DNA of 64,000 bases from positions 19,406,001 to 19,470,000 of the forward strand of contig OZ059894.1 of NCBI GenBank assembly GCA_964057225.1. Reading direction: 5' to 3'. The notes beneath the pieces are model-generated. The model ran no database searches. It was not told the origin of the DNA and was given only the letters and a program-made list of their open reading frames with translations. The DNA comes from Auanema rhodensis (lineage: Eukaryota; Animalia; Nematoda). How positions within the stretch are numbered: the stretch's first letter is position 1; each line of letters starts with the position of its first letter. This document shows, piece by piece, positions 1-10,900 of this stretch. The translations under genes were made by a program, and so were the position numbers.

Positions 1-20
1 TTATATCAGTTGATATCTCG

Positions 21-90
21 GTGCATTTTTAAGCTAGCGCAAATCTGATAACACAGATCGACGCAGCTTAAAAATCCGCATCGAATGCAC
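21..90. other. Nested inverted repeat / long stem-loop present in each monomer (first copy)
   Basis: atttttaagct (25-35) pairs with agcttaaaaat (65-75), 11 bp perfect. Inner pairs are gcg/cgc (37-39/62-64) and atctg/cagat (43-47/54-58). An outer, partly alternative pair is gtgcatt/aatgcac (21-27/84-90). Confidence 0.85.
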
Positions 91-157
91 TATACTCATT
101 GAAAAACGCTTAATACAAAAATTAGTTATGATCGTTCGAAAAATGATGCATTAGTGT

Positions 158-185
158 ATGTTGAGTTTCCATGTACACTCAACAT
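158..185. other. 9-bp inverted repeat with 10-nt spacer in each monomer (first copy)
   Basis: atgttgagt (158-166) and actcaacat (177-185) are exact reverse complements. Confidence 0.85.
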
Positions 186-212
186 TGCTTCCAAAAACAT
201 TTTGACAAAAAT

Positions 213-224
213 TTTTTCGAAAAA
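213..224. other. 12-bp perfect palindrome tttttcgaaaaa within A/T tracts (first copy)
   Basis: Read directly from the sequence. It is broken in monomers carrying the ttcgagaaat variant. Confidence 0.85.
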
Positions 225-335
225 TTTCAGAATAATTTAGCAAAAAGTAGATGTTTTTAGATTCCATTTTTCAAGGCAAAGACGATGGACAATGTTATTC
301 AACGAAAAAATTAATTCTTCAGGGTGAAAATCGAG

Positions 336-357
336 GATATAAGTGTGAACTTATATC
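336..357. other. 9-bp hairpin with GTGA tetraloop in each monomer (first copy)
   Basis: gatataagt (336-344), loop gtga (345-348), acttatatc (349-357). It overlaps a second dyad, atatca-gt-tgatat (353-366). Confidence 0.85.
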
Positions 358-3300
358 AGTTGATATCTCGGTGCATTTTTAAGCTAGCGCAAATCTGATA
401 ACACAGATCGACGCAGCGTAAAAATCCGCATCGAATGCACTATACTACATTGAAAAACGCTTAATACAAAAATTAGTTATGATCGTTCGAAAAATGATGC
501 ATTAGTGTATGTTGAGTTTCCATGTACACTCAACATTGCTTCCAAAAACATTTTGACAAAAATTTTTTCGAAAAATTTCAGAATAATTTAGCAAAAAGTA
601 GATGTTTTTAGATTCCTTTTTTCAAGGCAAAGACGATGGTCAATGTTATTCAACGAAAAAATCAATTCTTCAGGGTGAAAATCGAGTATATAAGTGTGAA
701 CTTATATCAGTTGATATCTCGGTGCATTTTTAAGCTAGCGCAAATCTGATAACACAGATCGACGCAGCTTAAAAATCCGCATCGAATGCACTATACTACA
801 TTGAGAAACGCTTAATACAAAAATTAGTTATGATCGTTTGAAAAATGATGCATTAGTGTATGTTGAGTTTCCATGTACACTCAACATTGCTTCCAAAAAC
901 ATTTTGACAAAAATTTTTTCGAAAAATTTCAGAATAATTTAGCAAAAAGTAGATGTTTTTAGATTTCTTTTTTCAAGGCAAAGACGATGGTCAATGTTAT
1001 TCAACGAAAAAATCAATTCTTCAGGGTGAAAATCGAGGATATAAGTGTGAACTTATATCAGTTGATATCTCGGTGCATTTTTAAGCTAGCGCAAATCTGA
1101 TAACACAGATCGACGCAGCTTAAAAATCCGCATCGAATGCACTATACTACATTGAAAAACGCTTAATACAAAAATTAGTTATGATCGTTCGAAAAATGAT
1201 GCATTAGTGTATGTTGAGTTTCCATGTACACTCAACATTGCTTCCAAAAACATTTTGACAAAAATTTTTTCGAAAAATTTCAAAATAATTTAGCAAAAAG
1301 TAGATGTTTTTAGATTCCATTTTTCAAGGCAAAGACGATGGACAATGTTATTCAACGAAAAAATTAATTCTTCAGGGTGAAAATCGAGGATATAAGTGTG
1401 AACTTATATCAGTTGATATCTCGGTGCATTTTTAAGCTAGCGCAAATCTGATAACACAGATCGACGCAGCTTAAAAATCCGCATCGAATGCACTCTACTA
1501 CATTGAAAAACGCTTAATACAAAAATTAGTTATGATCGTTCGAAAAATGATGCATTAGTGTATGTTGAGTTTCCATGTACACTCAACATTGCTTCCAAAA
1601 ACATTTTGACAAAAATTTTTTCGAAAAATTTCAGAATAATTTAGCAAAAAGTAGATGTTTTTAGATTCCTTTTTTCAAGGCAAAGACGATGGTCAATGTT
1701 ATTCAACGAAAAAATCAATTCTTCAGGGTGAAAATCGAGGATATAAGTGTGAACTTATATCAGTTGATATCTCGGTGCATTTTTAAGCTAGCGCAAATCT
1801 GATAACACAGATTGACGCAGCTTAAAAATCCGCATCGAATGCACTATACTACATTGAGAAACGCTTAATACAAAAATTAGTTATGATCGTTTGAAAAATG
1901 ATGCATTAGTGTATGTTGAGTTTCCATGTACACTCAACATTGCTTCCAAAAACATTTTGACAAAAATTTTTTCGAAAAATTTCAGAATAATTTAGCAAAA
2001 AGTAGATGTTTTTAGATTCCATTTTTCAAGGCAAAGACGATGGACAATGTTATTCAACGAAAAAATTAATTCTTCAGGGTGAAAATCGAGGATATAAGTG
2101 TGAACTTATATCAGTTGATATCTCGGTGCATTTTTAAGCTAGCGCAAATCTGATAACACAGATCGACGCAGCTTAAAAATCCGCATCGAATGCACTATAC
2201 TCATTGAAAAACGCTTAATACAAAAATTAGTTATGATCGTTCGAAAAATGATGCATTAGTGTATGTTGAGTTTCCATGTACACTCAACATTGCTTCCAAA
2301 AACATTTTGACAAAAATTTTTTCGAAAAATTTCAAAATAATTAAGCAAAAAGTAGATGTTTTTAGATTCCATTTTTTAAGGCAAAGACGATGGTCAATGT
2401 TATTCAACGAAAAAATCAATTCTTCAGGGTGAAAATCGAGGATATAAGTGTGAACTTATATCATTTGATATCTCGGTGCATTTTTAAGCTAGCGCAAATC
2501 TGATAACACAGATCGACGCAGCTTAAAAATCCGCATCGAATGCACTATACTACATTGAGAAACGCTTAATACAAAAATTAGTTATGATCGTTCGAAAAAT
2601 GATGCATTAGTGTATGTTGAGTTTCCATGTACACTCAACATTGCTTCCAAAAACATTTTGACAAAAATTTTTTCGAAAAATTTCAGAATAATTTAGCAAA
2701 AAGTAGATGTTTTTAGATTCCTTTTTTCAAGGCAAAGACGATGGTCAATGTTATTCAACGAAAAAATCAATTCTTCAGGGTGAAAATCGAGGATATAAGT
2801 GTGAACTTATATCATTTGATATCTCGGTGCATTTTTAAGCTAGCGCAAATCTGATAACACAGATCGACGCAGCTTAAAAATCCGCATCGAATGCACTATA
2901 CTACATTGAGAAACGCTTAATACAAAAATTAGTTATGATCGTTCGAAAAATGATGCATTAGTGTATGTTGAGTTTCCATGTACACTCAACATTGCTTCCA
3001 AAAACATTTTGACAAAAATTTTTTCGAAAAATTTCAAAATAATTTAGCAAAAAGTAGATGTTTTTAGATTCCATTTTTCAAGGCAAAGACGATGGACAAT
3101 GTTATTCAACGAAAAAATTAATTCTTCAGGGTGAAAATCGAGGATATAAGTGTGAACTTATATCAGTTGATATCTCGGTGCATTTTTAAGCTAGCGCAAA
3201 TCTGATAACACAGATCGACGCAGCTTACAAATCCGCATCGAATGCACTATACTACATTGAAAAACGCTTAATACAAAAATTAGTTATGATCGTTCGAAAA

Positions 3301-4911
3301 ATGATGCATTAGTGTATGTTGAGTTTCCATGTACACTCAACATTGCTTCCAAAAACATTTTGACAAAAATTTTTTCGAAAAATTTCAGAATAATTTAGCA
3401 AAAAGTAGATGTTTTTAGATTCCTTTTTTCAAGGCAAAGACGATGGTCAATGTTATTCAACGAAAAAATCAATTCTTCAGGGTGAAAATCGAGGATATAA
3501 GTGTGAACTTATATCAGTTGATATCTCGGTGCATTTTTAAGCTAGCGCAAATCTGATAACACAGATCGACGCAGCTTAAAAATCCGCATCGAATGCACTA
3601 TACTACATTGAGAAACGCTTAATACAAAAATTAGTTATGATCGTTTGAAAAATGATGCATTAGTGTATGTTGAGTTTCCATGTACACTCAACATCGCTTC
3701 CAAAAACATTTTGACAAAAATTTTTTCGAAAAATTTCAGAATAATTTAGCAAAAAGTAGATGTTTTTAGATTCCATTTTTCAAGGCAAAGACGATGGACA
3801 ATGTTATTCAACGAAAAAATTAATTCTTCAGGGTGAAAATCGAGGATATAAGTGTGAACTTATATCAGTTGATATCTCGGTGCATTTTTAAGCTAGCGCA
3901 AATCTGATAACACAGATCGACGCAGCTTAAAAATCCGCATCGAATGCACTATACTCATTGAAAAACGCTTAATACAAAAATTAGTTATGATCGTTCGAAA
4001 AATGATGCATTAGTGTATGTTGAGTTTCCATGTACACTCAACATTGCTTCCAAAAACATTTTGACAAAAATTTTTTCGAAAAATTTCAGAATAATTTAGC
4101 AAAAAGTAGATGTTTTTAGATTCCTTTTTTCAAGGCAAAGACGATGGTCAATGTTATTCAACGAAAAAATCAATTCTTCAGGGTGAAAATCGAGGATATA
4201 AGTGTGAACTTATATCATTTGATATCTCGATGCATTTTTAAGCTAGCGCAAATCTGATAACACAGATCGACGCAGCTTAAAAATCCGCATCGAATGCACT
4301 ATACTACATTGAGAAACGCTTAATACAAAAATTAGTTATGATCGTTCGAAAAATGATGCATTAGTGTATGTTGAGTTTCCATGTACACTCAACATTGCTT
4401 CCAAAAACATTTTGACAAAAATTTTTTCGAAAAATTTCAAAATAATTTAGCAAAAAGTAGATGTTTTTAGATTCCATTTTTCAAGGCAAAGACGATGGAC
4501 AATGTTATTCAACGAAAAAATTAATTCTTCAGGGTGAAAATCGAGGATATAAGTGTGAACTTATATCAGTTGATATCTCGGTGCATTTTTAAGCTAGCGC
4601 AAATCTGATAACACAGATCGACGCAGCTTAAAAATCCGCATCGAATGCACTATACTACATTGAAAAACGCTTAATACAAAAATTAGTTATGATCGTTCGA
4701 AAAATGATGCATTAGTGTATGTTGAGTTTCCATGTACACTCAACATTGCTTCCAAAAACATTTTGACAAAAATTTTTTCGAAAAATTTCAGAATAATTTA
4801 GCAAAAAGTAGATGTTTTTAGATTCCTTTTTTCAAGGCAAAGACGATGGTCAATGTTATTCAACGAAAAAATCAATTCTTCAGGGTGAAAATCGAGGATA
4901 TAAGTGTGAAC

Positions 4912-7900
4912 TTATATCAGTTGATATCTCGGTGCATTTTTAAGCTAGCGCAAATCTGATAACACAGATCGACGCAGCTTAAAAATCCGCATCGAATGCA
5001 CTATACTACATTGAGAAACGCTTAATACAAAAATTAGTTATGATCGTTTGAAAAATGATGCATTAGTGTATGTTGAGTTTCCATGTACACTCAACATTGC
5101 TTCCAAAAACATTTTGACAAAAATTTTTTCGAAAAATTTCAGAATAATTTAGCAAAAAGTAGATGTTTTTAGATTCCATTTTTCAAGGCAAAGACGATAT
5201 ACAATGTTATTCAACGAAAAAATTAATTCTTCAGGGTGAAAATCGAGGATATAAGTGTGAACTTATATCAGTTGATATCTCGGTGCATTTTTAAGCTAGC
5301 GCAAATCTGATAACACAGATCGACGCAGCTTAAAAATCCGCATCGAATGCACTATACTCATTGAAAAACGCTTAATACAAAAATTAGTTATGATCGTTCG
5401 AAAAATGATGCATTAGTGTATGTTGAGTTTCCATGTACACTCAACATTGCTTCCAAAAACATTTTGACAAAAATTTTTTCGAAAAATTTCAAAATAATTT
5501 AGCAAAAAGTAGATGTTTTTAGATTCCATTTTTTAAGGCAAAGACGATGGACAATGTTATTCAACGAAAAAATTAATTCTTCAGGGTGAAAATCGAGGAT
5601 ATAAGTGTGAACTTATATCAGTTGATATCTCGGTGCATTTTTAAGCTAGCGCAAATCTGATAACACAGATCGACGCAGCTTAAAAATCCGCATCGAATGC
5701 ACTATACTACATTGAGAAACGCTTAATACAAAAATTAGTTATGATCGTTTGAAAAATGATGCATTAGTGTATGTTGAGTTTCCATGTACACTCAACATCG
5801 CTTCCAAAAACATTTTGACAAAAATTTTTTCGAAAAATTTCAGAATAATTTAGCAAAAAGTAGATGTTTTTAGATTCCATTTTTCAAGGCAAAGACGATG
5901 GACATTGTTATTCAACGAAAAAATTAATTCTTCAGGGTGAAAATCGAGGATATAAGTGTGAACTTATATCAGTTGATATCTCGGTGCATTTTTAAGCTAG
6001 CGCAAATCTGATAACACAGATCGACGCAGCTTAAAAATCCGCATCGAATGCACTATACTACATTGAGAAACGCTTAATACAAAAATTAGTTATGATCGTT
6101 TGAAAAATGATGCATTAGTGTATGTTGAGTTTCCATGTACACTCAACATCGCTTCCAAAAACATTTTGACAAAAATTTTTTCGAAAAATTTCAGAATAAT
6201 TTAGCAAAAAGTAGATGTTTTTAGATTCCATTTTTCAAGGCAAAGACGATGGACAATGTTATTCAACGAAAAAATTAATTCTTCAGGGTGAAAATCGAGG
6301 ATATAAGTGTGAACTTATATCAGTTGATATCTCGGTGCATTTTTAAGCTAGCGCAAATCTGATAACACAGATCGACGCAGCTTAAAAATCCGCATCGAAT
6401 GCACTATACTCATTGAAAAACGCTTAATACAAAAATTAGTTATGATCGTTCGAAAAATGATGCATTAGTGTATGTTGAGTTTCCATGTACACTCAACATT
6501 GCTTCCAAAAACATTTTGACAAAAATTTTTTCGAAAAATTTCAGAATAATTTAGCAAAAAGTAGATGTTTTTAGATTCCTTTTTTCAAGGCAAAGACGAT
6601 GGTCAATGTTATTCAACGAAAAAATCAATTCTTCAGGGTGAAAATCGAGGATATAAGTGTGAACTTATATCATTTGATATCTCGATGCATTTTTAAGCTA
6701 GCGCAAATCTGATAACACAGATCGACGCAGCTTAAAAATCCGCATCGAATGCACTATACTACATTGAGAAACGCTTAATACAAAAATTAGTTATGATCGT
6801 TCGAAAAATGATGCATTAGTGTATGTTGAGTTTCCATGTACACTCAACATTGCTTCCAAAAACATTTTGACAAAAATTTTTTCGAAAAATTTCAAAATAA
6901 TTTAGCAAAAAGTAGATGTTTTTAGATTCCATTTTTTAAGGCAAAGACGATGGACAATGTTATTCAACGAAAAAATTAATTCTTCAGGGTGAAAATCGAG
7001 GATATAAGTGTGAACTTATATCATTTGATATCTCGGTGCATTTTTAAGCTAGCGCAAATCTGATAACACAGATCGACGCAGCTTAAAAATCCGCATCGAA
7101 TGCACTATACTACATTGAGAAACGCTTAATACAAAAATTAGTTATGATCGTTCGAAAAATGATGCATTAGTGTATGTTGAGTTTCCATGTACACTCAACA
7201 TTGCTTCCAAAAACATTTTGACAAAAATTTTTTCGAAAAATTTCAAAATAATTTAGCAAAAAGTAGATGTTTTTAGATTCCATTTTTCAAGGCAAAGACG
7301 ATGGACAATGTTATTCAACGAAAAAATTAATTCTTCAGGGTGAAAATCGAGGATATAAGTGTGAACTTATATCAGTTGATATCTCGGTGCATTTTTAAGC
7401 TAGCGCAAATCTGATAACACAGATCGACGCAGCTTAAAAATCCGCATCGAATGCACTATACTACATTGAGAAACGCTTAATACAAAAATTAGTTATGATC
7501 GTTTGAAAAATGATGCATTAGTGTATGTTGAGTTTCCATGTACACTCAACATCGCTTCCAAAAACATTTTGACAAAAATTTTTTCGAAAAATTTCAGAAT
7601 AATTTAGCAAAAAGTAGATGTTTTTAGATTCCATTTTTCAAGGCAAAGACGATGGACATTGTTATTCAACGAAAAAATTAATTCTTCAGGGTGAAAATCG
7701 AGGATATAAGTGTGAACTTATATCAGTTGATATCTCGGTGCATTTTTAAGCTAGCGCAAATCTGATAACACAGATCGACGCAGCTTAAAAATCCGCATCG
7801 AATGCACTATACTCATTGAAAAACGCTTAATACAAAAATTAGTTATGATCGTTCGAAAAATGATGCATTAGTGTATGTTGAGTTTCCATGTACACTCAAC

Positions 7901-10900
7901 ATTGCTTCCAAAAACATTTTGACAAAAATTTTTTCGAAAAATTTCAGAATAATTTAGCAAAAAGTAGATGTTTTTAGATTCCTTTTTTCAAGGCAAAGAC
8001 GATGGTCAATGTTATTCAACGAAAAAATCAATTCTTCAGGGTGAAAATCGAGGATATAAGTGTGAACTTATATCATTTGATATCTCGATGCATTTTTAAG
8101 CTAGCGCAAATCTGATAACACAGATCGACGCAGCTTAAAAATCCGCATCGAATGCACTATACTACATTGAGAAACGCTTAATACAAAAATTAGTTATGAT
8201 CGTTCGAAAAATGATGCATTAGTGTATGTTGAGTTTCCATGTACACTCAACATTGCTTCCAAAAACATTTTGACAAAAATTTTTTCGAAAAATTTCAAAA
8301 TAATTTAGCAAAAAGTAGATGTTTTTAGATTCCATTTTTCAAGGCAAAGACGATGGACAATGTTATTCAACGAAAAAATTAATTCTTCAGGGTGAAAATC
8401 GAGGATATAAGTGTGAACTTATATCAGTTGATATCTCGGTGCATTTTTAAGCTAGCGCAAATCTGATAACACAGATCGACGCAGCTTAAAAATCCGCATC
8501 GAATGCACTATACTACATTGAAAAACGCTTAATACAAAAATTAGTTATGATCGTTCGAAAAATGATGCATTAGTGTATGTTGAGTTTCCATGTACACTCA
8601 ACATTGCTTCCAAAAACATTTTGACAAAAATTTTTTCGAAAAATTTCAGAATAATTTAGCAAAAAGTAGATGTTTTTAGATTCCTTTTTTCAAGGCAAAG
8701 ACGATGGTCAATGTTATTCAACGAAAAAATCAATTCTTCAGGGTGAAAATCGAGGATATAAGTGTGAACTTATATCAGTTGATATCTCGGTGCATTTTTA
8801 AGCTAGCGCAAATCTGATAACACAGATCGACGCAGCTTAAAAATCCGCATCGAATGCACTATACTACATTGAGAAACGCTTAATACAAAAATTAGTTATG
8901 ATCGTTTGAAAAATGATGCATTAGTGTATGTTGAGTTTCCATGTACACTCAACATTGCTTCCAAAAACATTTTGACAAAAATTTTTTCGAAAAATTTCAA
9001 AATAATTTAGCAAAAAGTAGATGTTTTTAGATTCCATTTTTCAAGGCAAAGACGATGGACAATGTTATTCAACGAAAAAATTAATTCTTCAGGGTGAAAA
9101 TCGAGGATATAAGTGTGAACTTATATCAGTTGATATCTCGGTGCATTTTTAAGCTAGCGCAAATCTGATAACACAGATCGACGCAGCTTAAAAATCCGCA
9201 TCGAATGCACTATACTCATTGAAAAACGCTTAATACAAAAATTAGTTATGATCGTTCGAAAAATGATGCATTAGTGTATGTTGAGTTTCCATGTACACTC
9301 AACATTGCTTCCAAAAACATTTTGACAAAAATTTTTTCGAAAAATTTCAAAATAATTTAGCAAAAAGTAGATGTTTTTAGATTCCATTTTTTAAGGCAAA
9401 GACGATGGACAATGTTATTCAACGAAAAAATTAATTCTTCAGGGTGAAAATCGAGGATATAAGTGTGAACTTATATCAGTTGATATCTCGGTGCATTTTT
9501 AAGCTAGCGCAAATCTGATAACACAGATCGACGCAGCTTAAAAATCCGCATCGAATGCACTATACTCATTGAAAAACGCTTAATACAAAAATTAGTTATG
9601 ATCGTTCGAAAAATGATGCATTAGTGTATGTTGAGTTTCCATGTACACTCAACATTGCTTCCAAAAACATTTTGACAAAAATTTTTTCGAAAAATTTCAA
9701 AATAATTTAGCAAAAAGTAGATGTTTTTAGATTCCATTTTTTAAGGCAAAGACGATGGACAATGTTATTCAACGAAAAAATTAATTCTTCAGGGTGAAAA
9801 TCGAGGATATAAGTGTGAACTTATATCAGTTGATATCTCGGTGCATTTTTAAGCTAGCGCAAATCTGATAACACAGATCGACGCAGCTTAAAAATCCGCA
9901 TCGAATGCACTATACTACATTGAGAAACGCTTAATACAAAAATTAGTTATGATCGTTTGAAAAATGATGCATTAGTGTATGTTGAGTTTCCATGTACACT
10001 CAACATTGCTTCCAAAAACATTTTGACAAAAATTTTTTCGAAAAATTTCAGAATAATTTAGCAGAAAGTAGATGTTTTTAGATTCCATTTTTCAAGGCAA
10101 AGACGATGGACAATGTTATTCAACGAAAAAATTAATTCTTCAGGGTGAAAATCGAGGATATAAGTGTGAACTTATATCAGTTGATATCTCGGTGCATTTT
10201 TAAGCTAGCGCAAATCTGATAACACAGATCGACGCAGCTTAAAAATCCGCATCGAATGCACTATACTCATTGAAAAACGCTTAATACAAAAATTAGTTAT
10301 GATCGTTCGAAAAATGATGCATTAGTGTATGTTGAGTTTCCATGTACACTCAACATTGCTTCCAAAAACATTTTGACAAAAATTTTTTCGAAAAATTTCA
10401 GAATAATTTAGCAAAAAGTAGATGTTTTTAGATTCCTTTTTTCAAGGCAAAGACGATGGTCAATGTTATTCAACGAAAAAATCAATTCTTCAGGGTGAAA
10501 ATCGAGGATATAAGTGTGAACTTATATCAGTTGATATCTCGGTGCATTTTTAAGCTAGCGCAAATCTGATAACACAGATCGACGCAGCTTAAAAATCCGC
10601 ATCGAATGCACTATACTACATTGAGAAACGCTTAATACAAAAATTAGTTATGATCGTTTGAAAAATGATGCATTAGTGTATGTTGAGTTTCCATGTACAC
10701 TCAACATTGCTTCCAAAAACATTTTGACAAAAATTTTTTCGAAAAATTTCAGAATAATTTAGCAAAAAGTAGATGTTTTTAGATTCCATTTTTCAAGGCA
10801 AAGACGATGGACAATGTTATTCAACGAAAAAATTAATTCTTCAGGGTGAAAATCGAGGATATAAGTGTGAACTTATATCAGTTGATATCTCGGTGCATTT

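Larger units (their letters stand above)
1..350. repeat. Reference monomer (phase arbitrary), 350 bp; the 351-bp form has an extra A in tatact(a)catt
   Basis: The next copy starts at 351. Recurrent biallelic sites in monomer-1 coordinates: ~97 (+/-A), 103 (a/g), 137 (c/t), 221 (a/g), 230 (g/a), 266 (a/t), 272 (c/t), 289 (a/t), 312 (t/c). Hand count gives 111/350 G+C. Confidence 0.97.

Noticed and set aside
291-307. CENP-B box-like motif (minus strand tttcgttgaataacatt vs CTTCGTTGGAAACGGGA)
   Set aside because: It matches TTCG and the central A but lacks the essential CGGG, so only 5 of 9 key positions match.
314-320. Possible hammerhead ribozyme: the minus strand reads CUGAAGA (CUGANGA core), and hammerheads are known in ~330-bp newt and schistosome satellites
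   Set aside because: No stem II followed by GAAA: the next GAAA is over 40 nt away with no complementary closing stem. The plus-strand CUGAUAA does not fit the core. An Infernal search with hammerhead models would settle it.
1-350. Identity with the Drosophila 1.688 (359-bp) or another named satellite family
   Set aside because: Only length and AT richness are similar, and I recognise no extended sequence match. A database search is needed.
2231-2419. 62-aa minus-strand ORF from the ORF track
   Set aside because: It begins at TTG and is open only because a private t>a at 2343 converts the minus-strand TAA found in the other monomers to TTA. I recognise no protein motif. It is a satellite by-product.
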